DNA of 64,000 nt. It comes from Gemmatimonadota bacterium (GTDB lineage: Bacteria; Gemmatimonadota; Gemmatimonadetes; Gemmatimonadales; GWC2-71-9). The position numbers and the translations under genes are program-made. The stretch is taken from contig JBDHAB010000007.1 in assembly GCA_039588295.1 (NCBI GenBank), forward strand, positions 1-64,000, given 5' to 3'. Below, piece after piece: positions 47,706 through 59,149 of this stretch. Under the pieces are notes generated by a model. The model had not been told where the DNA came from, did not search any database, and was given only the letters and a program-made list of their open reading frames with translations. Every line of letters begins with the position of its first letter. Positions within the stretch are counted from its first letter, which is position 1.

Positions 47706-48200
47706 CTACTGGGGCGGGAGCAACACCTTGTCGATCACGTGGATCACGCCGTTCGACGCCAGCACGTCGGTCTGCGTCACGGTTGCGTCATTGATCTGGA
47801 CCCCGCTGGTCGCGTCGATCGTGACATCCATTCCCTGGAGCGTGGTCGCGCTGGTGAGGTTCACGACATCGGCTGCGAACACTTCGCCGGCCACGACGTG
47901 GTAGAGCAGGATGTCGGCCAATGCGGTCGGATCCTGCAGCAGTGCGTCGAGCGTTCCCGCCGGCAGGGCGGCAAACGCAGCGTCGGTAGGAGCAAACAGC
48001 GTGAACGGCCCGTCGTTCGCCAGCGTGGCGTCCAGGTTCGCCGCCTGGGCCGCAGCGATGAGCGTGTTGAAGGTGCCTGCCGTTGCGGCCGTCTCGACGA
48101 GATTCTGCAGCTCGGCCTCTTGGGCATCGTCGCATGCAGCGGTGGCAAGTGTGAGACCCAGGATGCCAGCAGTGGCGAGGCGCGTGGCGAAGTTGCGCAT
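47706..48200 (-). CDS. Fasciclin (FAS1) domain lipoprotein
   Basis: Lipobox [33 protein letters not shown]. Confidence 0.93.
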   Translation of the reverse strand: MRNFATRLATAGILGLTLATAACDDAQEAELQNLVETAATAGTFNTLIAAAQAANLDATLANDGPFTLFAPTDAAFAALPAGTLDALLQDPTALADILLYHVVAGEVFAADVVNLTSATTLQGMDVTIDATSGVQINDATVTQTDVLASNGVIHVIDKVLLPPQ

Positions 48201-48266
48201 GTGACCCTCCGAGTTGTGCTAAGTGGTTGACCTGCAAATGGTTACCGATTTAGACCATCGAGCGAT

Positions 48267-48325
48267 TGTCTACTACATGTCCAAGACAATAAGTGCGAAT
48301 GAGCTTCCTGTCAATCGTTTGTCCA
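48267..48325 (-). promoter_or_regulatory. Sigma70 promoter of the fasciclin gene with 11-bp-phased TnnACA repeats
   Basis: TTGACA (48314-48309), 17 nt, TATTGT (48291-48286). TGGACA/TTGACA and TGGACA/TAGACA pairs, each 11 bp apart. Confidence 0.7.
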
Positions 48326-48424
48326 TATACGAATGCTACAACAACTGAACAGGGTGCATTTGCCAGGCGGGAATCTTCCGCTAGGTTGGGCGGCGGCAGT
48401 TCGTCGCTAGCTTGGAGTGAACTC

Positions 48425-49453
48425 GTGGATTCCCTGGTGCTGGTTCTTCTGCTTCTCCTTGCCGCCGCGATTGCGGCGGTCGCGGCCCTGGCGTTCCGGG
48501 GCGGCGCGTCTTCGCTGCAGGTCCAGCTCGGTGAGCTACGGTCCCGGCTGGATGATCTGGTGCGAGCGCAACAGGAGCTCCCGCGTGCGGTAGCGGAGGG
48601 AGCTGCGGAGCAGGCGCGGTCGCTTGCCGATGTGGGCGAGCGCCTTGGGCGGCTGGCGGAGGTCACAACTCGGCTCGAGGAGATGGGACGATCCGTCACC
48701 GCGGTCGAAGAACTGCTCAAGGTGCCGCGGCTCCGGGGGACGCTCGGGGAAGTGTGGTTGGAGGAACTGCTGCGCCAGGTGTTCCCGCCCAACCTCTACC
48801 GGATGCAGCACGGCTACCGATCGGGGGCGCGGGTGGACGCCGTGGTCAAGATTGGTGACCGGCTGGTACCGATCGATTCCAAATTCCCGTTGGAGGCGTG
48901 CCAACGGATGTTGGCGAGCGACGGCGCCAGGGCCGACCGGGAACGCCGGGCGTTCCGCCGATCACTGCGGGATCGCGTGGACGAGATCGCAGACAAGTAC
49001 ATCCGGCCCGAAGAAGGCACCTTCGATTTCGCCTTCATGTATGTGCCGGCGGAAGCCGTGTACTATGAGGCCGTGGTCCAGGAACAGGCTTCTGACGACA
49101 GTGAGAGCCTGGTGGCCTATGCGCTCCGACGCCACGTGATCCCGGTTTCGCCGCACACATTCTACGCCTACCTCGCGGCGGTGCTTCATGGCCTCCGGGG
49201 ACTCGAAGTGGAGCAGCGCGCGCGCGAGATCCAGTCGGAACTCGGCGGGCTGCACCAACAGATCGATCGATTTCAACGTGCTTACGAGCTGGTGGGGCGT
49301 CATCTGGAGCATGCGGCCAAGCAGTACGCGGAATCGGAGCGGCAGCTCGTGTCGGTTCGCGCGCGGTTGACGGCGCTGACGGCGGTTGGCGCCGACGCCG
49401 AGCTCGGCCCGCCGGCAGGCGTGTCCCCCGACCGACCATCGTCCAGCGGGTAG
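48425..49453 (+). CDS. rmuC: DNA recombination protein RmuC
   Basis: N-terminal TM, coiled coil, RGTLGEVWLE.LL, IDSKFP, KYI.P..T.DFA.M.VP.E. Confidence 0.9.
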   Translation: MDSLVLVLLLLLAAAIAAVAALAFRGGASSLQVQLGELRSRLDDLVRAQQELPRAVAEGAAEQARSLADVGERLGRLAEVTTRLEEMGRSVTAVEELLKVPRLRGTLGEVWLEELLRQVFPPNLYRMQHGYRSGARVDAVVKIGDRLVPIDSKFPLEACQRMLASDGARADRERRAFRRSLRDRVDEIADKYIRPEEGTFDFAFMYVPAEAVYYEAVVQEQASDDSESLVAYALRRHVIPVSPHTFYAYLAAVLHGLRGLEVEQRAREIQSELGGLHQQIDRFQRAYELVGRHLEHAAKQYAESERQLVSVRARLTALTAVGADAELGPPAGVSPDRPSSSG

Positions 49454-49522
49454 CGCCGCCCGCTGTGCGGGCCCGCCGCCCCACCACTCGCATGATACAC
49501 CGAAGCAGAGAAGGAACCTTTA

Positions 49523-50056
49523 ATGTCTCTTCACCTTGGGCTCACGGTCAGAACGCTAGTTGTACTCGCTGCGTGCAGTGCTGCGCCCGTTGCCGCGCAA
49601 ACGGAGCGGGGGGAATCTCCCTGCCGCGGGCAGGCGGTGTATCGACAGTTCGATTTTTGGGTGGGGGAGTGGGACGTGTTCGCTCCGGACGGCAAGGCGG
49701 CAGGCACCAACCGAATTGCGAAGTTGGCGAACGGGTGCCTCCTCCTCGAGAACTGGACGAGTGTCGCAGGCGGCACCGGGAAGAGCATCAACTACTACAA
49801 CCCCGCCAGGGGCAAGTGGGTGCAGACGTGGGTGGACGGGCACGGAGGCATCATCGAGGTGGAGGGGGTGTTCGCCGACGGCGTGATGCGTTTCGAGGGC
49901 GTGCACATCTACCCCGATGGCCGTCGCGAAGCCTACCGCATGAGTTTCACCCCGCACAACGATGGATCGGTCCGCCAGTTCATCGAGCAATCGAAGGATG
50001 ATGGGACGTCGTGGTACGTCTGGTTTGACGGGAAGTACGTGAGGCAGCGGCACTGA
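49523..50056 (+). CDS. Exported hypothetical beta-rich protein
   Basis: Signal peptide, C....YRQFDFWVGEWDV, W.QTWVD, S.DDG.SW...F.G.Y. Confidence 0.75.
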   Translation: MSLHLGLTVRTLVVLAACSAAPVAAQTERGESPCRGQAVYRQFDFWVGEWDVFAPDGKAAGTNRIAKLANGCLLLENWTSVAGGTGKSINYYNPARGKWVQTWVDGHGGIIEVEGVFADGVMRFEGVHIYPDGRREAYRMSFTPHNDGSVRQFIEQSKDDGTSWYVWFDGKYVRQRH

Positions 50057-50083
50057 CCATCTGAGCGAGGAGCCTGGAGTCTC

Positions 50084-51466
50084 ATGTCAACGCGGGCAAA
50101 GGCGGCCGAGGCCGCAGCACCTGGCGCGAGCACCGCGGAAGATCTCAATCCCTTCAGTGTTGCCTGTCGGCAGTTCGATCAGGCCGTGCGCTACATCCCC
50201 GAGCTCAAGGCCGGGCTGGTGGAGTTCTTGAAGCGACCGGACCGGGTCATCACGGTAGAATTCCCAATTCAGACGCAGAACGGCTCGGTGCGCAACTTCG
50301 TCGGCTTTCGGGTGCTCCACAACCGAGTTCGCGGACCAGGCAAGGGTGGGATTCGCTATCACCCCGACGTGTCGGCCGACGAGGTACGGGCGTTAGCGTC
50401 GTGGATGACCTGGAAGTGCGCCGTGATGGACATCCCGTTCGGGGGGGCGAAGGGTGGGGTCATCTGCAACCCGAAGCAGCTCACCAAGCCTGACCTCCGG
50501 ATGATCACGCGTCGATTCGTGGCCGAACTCGGTGACAACATCGGTCCTCACACGGACATCCCGGCGCCCGACGTCAACACCAGCGCGGAGACGATGGCGT
50601 GGATCTATGACACCTACCAGATGATGCATGCCGGTGAGAACTGCCTGCCGGTCGTGACCGGCAAGCCGGTGAACATCGGTGGGTCCCTGGGTCGACGGGA
50701 GGCAACGGCGCGTGGGTGTCTGTTTGCCACGCAGCGGGCGCTGGCCAGCGGGCTCGTCAAGGGACTCGACTCGGTGAACGGGGCGACGGTCGTGGTCCAG
50801 GGTTATGGGAACGCGGGTGCCATCGCGGCGCAGCTCTTTACGGAAGCTGGTGCCCGCGTCATCGCCGTGAGCGATTCGCAGGGTGGCATCCACGACTCCA
50901 ACGGACTCGACTGGGCCGCGGCACTCGAGCACAAGCGGTTGACGGGCTCGGTCGTGGGACTTCCGCATACCGAAGGTGTGAGCAACGAGGAGCTCCTGGC
51001 GCTCCCGTGTGATGTGCTGATTCCGGCCGCATTGGAGAACGTCATCCGCGGCGACAACGCCGCGGCTGTGAAGGCGCGGTTCGTCGTCGAGGCCGCCAAC
51101 GGCCCGACGACACCCGAGGCCGACAAGATCCTGGTGCAGAAGGGGATCCCTGTGCTCCCCGACATCCTGGCGAACGCGGGTGGGGTCACGGTGAGCTATT
51201 TCGAGTGGGTGCAGAACATCGAGAACGAGCAGTGGGATGAGGATGACGTCAACGGGAAACTGCTCGTCAAGATGAATCGCTCGACGGACGCCGTGATCGA
51301 CGAGAGGCGGAGGATCAACGAGTCGCTCGATCAACTCGAGAACGAGCGGCGGGACCGGGGACTCGGGGGAGAACCTCTGGACCCGGTGGACCTGCGAATG
51401 GCCGCCTATGTGCTGGCGATTCGGCGGGTGGGTGAGGTGACCTTGGAGCGCGGCATTTGGCCGTGA
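50084..51466 (+). CDS. Glu/Leu/Phe/Val dehydrogenase (probable catabolic glutamate dehydrogenase)
   Basis: GPGKGGIRYHP, MTWKC, GGAKGG, DIPAPD, QGYGNAG, EAANGP, ANAGGVTVSYFEW. Confidence 0.93.
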   Translation: MSTRAKAAEAAAPGASTAEDLNPFSVACRQFDQAVRYIPELKAGLVEFLKRPDRVITVEFPIQTQNGSVRNFVGFRVLHNRVRGPGKGGIRYHPDVSADEVRALASWMTWKCAVMDIPFGGAKGGVICNPKQLTKPDLRMITRRFVAELGDNIGPHTDIPAPDVNTSAETMAWIYDTYQMMHAGENCLPVVTGKPVNIGGSLGRREATARGCLFATQRALASGLVKGLDSVNGATVVVQGYGNAGAIAAQLFTEAGARVIAVSDSQGGIHDSNGLDWAAALEHKRLTGSVVGLPHTEGVSNEELLALPCDVLIPAALENVIRGDNAAAVKARFVVEAANGPTTPEADKILVQKGIPVLPDILANAGGVTVSYFEWVQNIENEQWDEDDVNGKLLVKMNRSTDAVIDERRRINESLDQLENERRDRGLGGEPLDPVDLRMAAYVLAIRRVGEVTLERGIWP

Positions 51467-51515
51467 TCCGAGTGTTGGATCCCAAAATGCGGTGTCAACC
51501 GTTGTGCACTACTGA

Positions 51516-52904
<1,389 letters not shown>

Positions 52905-53021
52905 TTATCCCCCGGCCCTCCCCCCGTGGGTTGACGGGAAGGCCAGTTAGGATTTCCCTGTAGCATACGGTTGGGGGGAGGCGACCTTCCCCCAGCTGCA
53001 TGCAGCCGTTGGGAGATCCGG

Positions 53022-56000
53022 ATGAGCCTGCCGACTCTGGAACTGCGGGAGCGAGAGGATCACGGAATCCGGCAGAGCCGGTTCCAGTACCTCATGTCCT
53101 ACCACGTGCAGGACATTCTGCTGGTCACTAGTCTCTACGATTCCTTCACCCTCGCGGAAGACGGCAATCTCGGCGAGCTCATCCTCACTGAGTTTCTCGA
53201 CCTCAACCTGCGACACACCCCAGAGCTCACCCATGTGGCGACTGGCGGTGAGGCGCTCGCGCTCGCCGTCGAGAAGCGCCAATATGACCTGATCATCTCG
53301 AGCCTCCACTTGGGCGACATGACCGTCGTGGAGCTGGCCCGCCGGGTCAAGGAGGTCGGTGTCGACGTCCCGGTCGTGCTGCTCGCCTACGATGCGCGTG
53401 AGCTCACGGATTTCATAGCGGGGAACGACGTCTCGGATCTGGAGTGCATCTTCCTTTGGCAAGGCGACGTCAAGATCCTGCTGGCCATCGTCAAGTACAT
53501 CGAGGACCGCCGCAATCTCGCCCACGATACCGGCAAGGCCGGCGTCCCGGCCATCGTCGTGGTGGAGGACAACGTCCGGTACTACTCGTCGTTTCTCCCG
53601 ATGATCTACGGCGAGCTGATGCAACATGCGCACAAGCTCATGCCGGAGGGCCTGAACCGGGCGCACAAGCTCATGCGGATTCGGGCCAGGCCGAAGATTC
53701 TCCTGTGCCAGACCTACGAGGAGGCATGGACGTTCATCTCCGAGTACCCGGACGAGATCCTGGGGTTGATCTCCGACATCGAGTTCCCGCGGGGAGGGGA
53801 CCTCGACCGGCGGGCCGGTGTCGAGTTGGCGAAGGAGGTCCGGGCCTTGCGCCACGACATCCCGATCATGCTGCAGTCGAGTTGGCCGGAGAATGAGAAG
53901 CTGGCGCGACGAACGGGAGCATCGTTTCTGCTCAAGAACTCGCCGGTGCTGCTGCAGCAGCTGCGCGACTTCATGGCCCATGGTTTCGGGTTCGGCGACT
54001 TCGTGTTTCGGCTTCCCGACGGCAGCGAGATTGGCCGGGCCCATGACCTCCAGAGCCTGATCGAGAAACTCCACGTGGTTCCAAGCGAGAGCATCGCGCT
54101 CCACGCTGCGGGGAACCATTTCTCGCGCTGGCTCAAGACCCGCACGGAGTTTGCCCTCGCTGAGCGAATCCGACCCAGAACACTGGCCGATTTCGGCGGC
54201 GTGGAAGAACTTCGCCAATACCTGATTCGTTCCATCGCGGAGTATCGACGCGAGCAAGGCCGCGGCGTGGTGGTCGACTTCGAGCGGGGACGCTTTGACA
54301 GCACGGTGCCGTTCACGCGCGTGGGGTCCGGTTCAATGGGCGGCAAAGCTCGGGGCCTCGCGTTCGTCAACTTCCTGCTCAAGGAACACAACGCGGCGTC
54401 GCGGTTCTCCGGCGTGCGGATTGCCGTCCCCTCCTCTCTCGTCCTCGGCACCGACCTCTTCGACGACTTCCTCGAGCGCAACCGACTGCGGGACTTCGCC
54501 ATGGAGTGCGAGGACGAGGGCGAGCTCAGGACGCGGTTCCTGGGTGGGCGGTTTGCACGCGGGCTCGAGCGGGACCTCTCGGTATTCCTCCGACACATGC
54601 GGTATCCCCTGGCGGTACGCTCTTCGAGCCTGCTCGAGGACAATCAGTATCAGCCGTTCGCGGGGGTGTACCAGACGTTCATGCTGCCCAACAACCACGG
54701 TGATCTCGACATCCGCCTGACGCAACTCATTGCCGCCATTCTCCGGGTGTACGCGTCGACGTTCTCGCAACACGCCAAGGCGTATCTGGATGCCACGCCG
54801 TATCGGCTGGAAGAAGAGAAGATGGCGGTCATCATCCAGCAGGTGGTGGGGGCAGAGCATAGGGGGTTGTTCTACCCCGACTTCGCCGGCGTCGCTCGAT
54901 CCCACAATTTCTACCCGACCGCGCCATTTACGTCCGGCGACGGCATCGCGGCCGTCGCCCTCGGTCTGGGCCGCACGGTCATGGCCGGCGAGCGGTGTCT
55001 TCGGTTCTGCCCCCGGTATCCTCGGCATGTCCTCCAGTTCTCCTCCGTGCAGGATTTCCTGAACCAATCGCAACGTGAGTACTGGGCGCTCGACCTGGGG
55101 CATGAAAGCGAGGGGTTTCACGACCCACTCGATGCCCGCATGGTTCGGCTCGGGCTGGAGCGAGCCGAGGGAGATGGGACCCTGCAAACCGTGGGGTCGA
55201 CGTATTCGCACGAGAACAACGCGGTCTACGACGGGCTGTCCCGACCCGGTGTGCGACTCGTGAGCTTCGCACCGATTCTCAAGCACGGAGCCTTCCCGCT
55301 CGCGGAGATCCTCGACTACCTCCTCGATATCGGCGAGCAGGGCACGAGCGCACCCGTGGAAATCGAGTTTGCGGTGAATTCCTCGACTTCGCCTGATGAG
55401 CCGAAGCAGTTTGGGTTCCTCCAGATGCGGCCGCTGGCGGTCTCCCGGGAACTCGAGGAACTCGAGATCGGCGACGTCCGCCGAGGGGATGTCGTGGTAG
55501 AGAGTCCGTGTGTCCTCGGTCACGGGAGGATCGACAACATCCGTGACGTGGTGGTCATCGATTATCACCGATTTGAGCGTTCAATGAGCCAAGAGGCGGC
55601 CAGCGTGGTCACGCAATTCAACGCCGACCTCAAGGCCAAGGGGATTCCCTATCTCCTGATCGGTGTCGGCCGATGGGGCTCGACCGATCCGTGGCTCGGG
55701 ATTCCGGTCACGTGGGACCAGATTGCGGGAGTCCGAGTGATCGTGGAGGCAGGGTTCAAGGATCTGCGGGTCACGCCGTCTCAGGGGACGCATTTCTTCC
55801 AGAATCTGACGTCGAACAACGTTGGGTACTTCACGGTAAACCAGGAGATCGGTGAAGGGCTCGTGGACTGGGACTGGCTCGCCGGGCGGCACGCCGTGAA
55901 GGAGACGCCCACCGTCCGCCACCTGCGGTTCGACGAACCGCTCGTGATCACCATGAATGGCAAGACCAACCGAGGCGTGATTCTCAAGCCGGGTGCCACC

Positions 56001-56039
56001 GCCGGCAACGCCCGTCCCGGCAGGGGCTCGCAGTACTAA
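53022..56039 (+). CDS. Receiver-like domains fused to a PEP-synthase/PPDK-type ATP-grasp domain
   Basis: REC-like VVVED and ISDIEFP. GGKARGL, AVRSSSLLED, FAGVY, LQMRP. C-terminal SQGTHFFQN. Confidence 0.85.
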   Translation: MSLPTLELREREDHGIRQSRFQYLMSYHVQDILLVTSLYDSFTLAEDGNLGELILTEFLDLNLRHTPELTHVATGGEALALAVEKRQYDLIISSLHLGDMTVVELARRVKEVGVDVPVVLLAYDARELTDFIAGNDVSDLECIFLWQGDVKILLAIVKYIEDRRNLAHDTGKAGVPAIVVVEDNVRYYSSFLPMIYGELMQHAHKLMPEGLNRAHKLMRIRARPKILLCQTYEEAWTFISEYPDEILGLISDIEFPRGGDLDRRAGVELAKEVRALRHDIPIMLQSSWPENEKLARRTGASFLLKNSPVLLQQLRDFMAHGFGFGDFVFRLPDGSEIGRAHDLQSLIEKLHVVPSESIALHAAGNHFSRWLKTRTEFALAERIRPRTLADFGGVEELRQYLIRSIAEYRREQGRGVVVDFERGRFDSTVPFTRVGSGSMGGKARGLAFVNFLLKEHNAASRFSGVRIAVPSSLVLGTDLFDDFLERNRLRDFAMECEDEGELRTRFLGGRFARGLERDLSVFLRHMRYPLAVRSSSLLEDNQYQPFAGVYQTFMLPNNHGDLDIRLTQLIAAILRVYASTFSQHAKAYLDATPYRLEEEKMAVIIQQVVGAEHRGLFYPDFAGVARSHNFYPTAPFTSGDGIAAVALGLGRTVMAGERCLRFCPRYPRHVLQFSSVQDFLNQSQREYWALDLGHESEGFHDPLDARMVRLGLERAEGDGTLQTVGSTYSHENNAVYDGLSRPGVRLVSFAPILKHGAFPLAEILDYLLDIGEQGTSAPVEIEFAVNSSTSPDEPKQFGFLQMRPLAVSRELEELEIGDVRRGDVVVESPCVLGHGRIDNIRDVVVIDYHRFERSMSQEAASVVTQFNADLKAKGIPYLLIGVGRWGSTDPWLGIPVTWDQIAGVRVIVEAGFKDLRVTPSQGTHFFQNLTSNNVGYFTVNQEIGEGLVDWDWLAGRHAVKETPTVRHLRFDEPLVITMNGKTNRGVILKPGATAGNARPGRGSQY

Positions 56040-56117
56040 TCGGGCGGCCGGCCTAGATGATGCGAGAGTGGCAGTGCAGGGCACCGCCACCCTCGATGGC
56101 ATCGCAACCGCCGATGC

Positions 56118-56812
56118 TCAGCGGTACTTGACCGAGCACCCGTACGGTTGGGTCGTAGGGGTACTCACCTCCTTGCCATTCATTGCTTCCTCGAGCGCCG
56201 CCACCAGGTAGTTGTGCGCCCCTTTGATGTCCGACAGCCGGGCGGTCGGACGATCGTCGATGGCCCCGTTGTAGAGCAGGACGCCCTCAGGATTGATCAC
56301 CACCATTTGAGGAGTGGTCCGCGCACCGTAGCGGCGCCCGACGGTTCCCTCAGGATCCAGCAGGACGGCGAGCGCCTTGCTTCCCCTGTCCGCGCTCAGC
56401 GCGTTCATCTCTTCGGGCGGGTGGTACCCTTGCTTTCCCGGAGCCGAGGACACGATGACCAGCCAGACGACGCCCTTTGCGCCGTAATCCCGCTGCAACG
56501 CCTGCATGTTGCCGCTCTTGTAGTGCTTACCGACGTAGGGACATTCGTAGTTCAGCCACTCGAGCACGATCCACTTGCCGCTGTAGTCAGCGAGGGAGTG
56601 CCTTGCTCCATAGGTGTCGGGAAGCACGAACCCGGGTGCGGGATTGCCGATCTCGGGGTCGGAGAGCTGGGCGTGCAGCGAGACCGGCGTCACTGCGATG
56701 ACACCCATCAGGCGCTCGGCGCAGCCAACAGCCAGGTCGCCATCACGAGCCATGAGGATCGTGGGGCCCGCGGACGCCCGGACGGTGCGGACTCGAACCG
56801 TCGGTGGATCAC
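56118..56812 (-). CDS. Redoxin/thioredoxin-like (AhpC/TSA) exported protein; 5' end probably frameshifted
   Basis: APGFVLPD, EWLNYECPYV, YGARTTP, YNGAID, GCSVKY. The ORF track starts it at 56753; a GTG at 56812 in another frame supplies a signal peptide. Confidence 0.8.
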
Positions 56813-57765
56813 TTGGGTGTCTGCAGCTTCTTCCGCAGATGCAGCAGCATGTCCGCCGTCATCGACTCCAAATCGTACGACGGCAGCCATCCCCACTCCT
56901 CCCTCGCGGCAGTGTCGTCGATCGAGTTCGGCCACGAATCGGCTAGCCGTTGTCGGATCGGGTCGACGTCGTACGCGATGGCAAACTGTGGGAGATGCTT
57001 CCGGATCTCCGCGGCGACCTGTTCGGGTGTGAAATTCATGGCGGTCACATTGAACGCGTTGCGATGGCGGAGGCGCGACGCGTCCGCTTCCATGACGTCG
57101 ATGGCTGCTTTGATCGCATCGGGCATGTACATCATGTCGAGACGGGTATCACCGCGGAGGAAACACGTGTAGCGCTCGTTACGGATGGCCTCGTAGAAGA
57201 TCTCCACCGCGTAGTCCGTGGTTCCTCCGCCGGGCGGCGTGACGTGCGAGATGATGCCGGGATAGCGGACCCCGCGCGTGTCGACCCCGAACCGCTGCTG
57301 GTAGTAGTCACACAGGAGCTCACCCGCGACCTTCGTGACCCCGTACATGCTCGTGGGTCGCTGGACCGTATCCTGGGGGGTGCGATCGACCGGCGTCGTT
57401 GGTCCGAACGCGCCGATGGAGCTCGGCACGAACACCGCGCAGCCGTGCTCCCTCGCCACCTGGAGCACCTTGTACAGCCCACCCATGTTCACGCTCCACG
57501 CGACATCCGGCTGCTGCTCCGCCACCGCGGAGAGCAGCGCCGCCAAGTGGTAGATGGTGTCGATCTGAAATCGGGTGACCGCGCGGTGGAGCTGCTCCTG
57601 CGACGTGCAGTCGAGTTGCACGAATGGTCCGTTGGCGTCACTGCCGCCGGCTGGAGAACGGATATCTGACGAAACGACGACCTCTGCCCCGTAGCGCGCT
57701 CGGAGCGTGGGGACGAGTTCCGATCCGATCTGGCCCAGCGACCCGGTAACGAGAATCCGCTGCAC
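56809..57765 (-). CDS. SDR-type L-threonine 3-dehydrogenase (NAD-dependent epimerase family)
   Basis: TGSLGQIG, LAALLSA, PSSIGAFG, MYGVTK, GGGTTDYA, MMYMPD, SWP. Confidence 0.9.
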   Translation of the reverse strand: MQRILVTGSLGQIGSELVPTLRARYGAEVVVSSDIRSPAGGSDANGPFVQLDCTSQEQLHRAVTRFQIDTIYHLAALLSAVAEQQPDVAWSVNMGGLYKVLQVAREHGCAVFVPSSIGAFGPTTPVDRTPQDTVQRPTSMYGVTKVAGELLCDYYQQRFGVDTRGVRYPGIISHVTPPGGGTTDYAVEIFYEAIRNERYTCFLRGDTRLDMMYMPDAIKAAIDVMEADASRLRHRNAFNVTAMNFTPEQVAAEIRKHLPQFAIAYDVDPIRQRLADSWPNSIDDTAAREEWGWLPSYDLESMTADMLLHLRKKLQTPK

Positions 57766-57839
57766 GACCCCTCCTGGAATGCCGTATGCCGTCGGCCTAT
57801 CGTACGCTGCGCTTGCACCCCGTACAAGAGCGCCGGTCG

Positions 57840-59138
57840 CTAGGGCAGGAGCTTTCGTTCCTTGGCGGCGCGCTCGAGTTCATCGTGGAACTGTGGGTCG
57901 GCGATGCGGATCAGTTCCTCCGCACGCTCCCGCAGGTTCTTCCCGAAAAGATTCGCCACTCCATGTTCGGTGACGAGGTAGTGCACGTCCGCTCGGCTGG
58001 TCACGACCCCTGCGCCGTGCTTGAGGAACGGCACGATTCGCGACATGGAGCCGCCTTTGGCCGTGGCCGGAAGCGCAATGATCGGCCGGCCGCCCTTCGA
58101 GTGAGCTGCTCCTCGAATGAAATCTACCTGGCCGCCGAACCCGGAAAAGATGTATGGACCGATGGAGTCCGAACACACCTGTCCCGTCAGATCGACCTCG
58201 ATAGCGGAGTTCACGGCCACCATGTTGTCGATCGTGCTCACGACCTCCGGATCGTTGACGTAGCTGACGGGGTGCGCCTCGATCAGCGGGTTGTTGTCCA
58301 GAAAATCGTAAAGCCGATCACTTCCGAGCGCGAAGGTGCATACAACCTTCCCCGGGTGCACCGTCTTCGCCGTCCCCGTCACTACCCCTCGCTCGATCGC
58401 GCGCATCGCGCCGTCGGAGATCATCTCCGTGTGAATGCCGAGCTCGAGGGCGCCTTCCATACTCTCGTACACCGAGTCCGGGATTCCGCCGATTCCCATT
58501 TGCACCGTTGCACCGGGGGGGATCAGGTCGAGCACGTGCCGGGCGATGGCCTGTTCCACCGCGGTCGCAGGCTTTGCTTCCAGCGTCGGGAGCGGCTCGG
58601 TATGCTCGACGATCGTATGCACGCGGCTGACGTGGAGGAACGAATCACCCAGGACGCGTGGCATTTTCTCGTTCACCTGGACGATCACGGTCTGCGCCTT
58701 TTGACATGCGGCGGTGGACGCGAGCACTTCGACGCCAAGACTCATGAAACCGTGCTCGTCGGGAGGGGAGACCTGGACCATCGCCACATCGAGCGGCACA
58801 ATCCCCTCGCGGAAGAGGCGGGGAATTTGATGAAGAAAAATGGGGACGTAGTCGGCACGCCCGTCGTTGACAGCCTGGCGATCCGCCGGCCCCACGAACA
58901 GCGAGTTGTGCCGGAAGTGTCGCTCCATTCCCGGCTCGGACAGCGGATCCTTGCCGAGCAGGAGGACGTGGTTCAACTGGATGTCTTCCAACTCGTCTCG
59001 GCAGCGGGCGAGCGCGCGGACGAGCTCCTGGGGAATCGCAGCGTTGCCACCGTAGTACACTCGGTCGCCGCTCTTGACCCGCTGCACCGCTTCGTCGGAG
59101 GTCGCGAGTTTCGACTTGTAGTCGTCGAGCCAGTTCAT
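57840..59138 (-). CDS. Acetyl-CoA hydrolase/transferase family (4-hydroxybutyrate CoA-transferase-like)
   Basis: QMGIGGIP, HTEM, NSAIEVDLTGQV, SGFGGQVDF, VTEHG. Confidence 0.92.
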   Translation of the reverse strand: MNWLDDYKSKLATSDEAVQRVKSGDRVYYGGNAAIPQELVRALARCRDELEDIQLNHVLLLGKDPLSEPGMERHFRHNSLFVGPADRQAVNDGRADYVPIFLHQIPRLFREGIVPLDVAMVQVSPPDEHGFMSLGVEVLASTAACQKAQTVIVQVNEKMPRVLGDSFLHVSRVHTIVEHTEPLPTLEAKPATAVEQAIARHVLDLIPPGATVQMGIGGIPDSVYESMEGALELGIHTEMISDGAMRAIERGVVTGTAKTVHPGKVVCTFALGSDRLYDFLDNNPLIEAHPVSYVNDPEVVSTIDNMVAVNSAIEVDLTGQVCSDSIGPYIFSGFGGQVDFIRGAAHSKGGRPIIALPATAKGGSMSRIVPFLKHGAGVVTSRADVHYLVTEHGVANLFGKNLRERAEELIRIADPQFHDELERAAKERKLLP

Positions 59139-59149
59139 GACCGGTGTCC

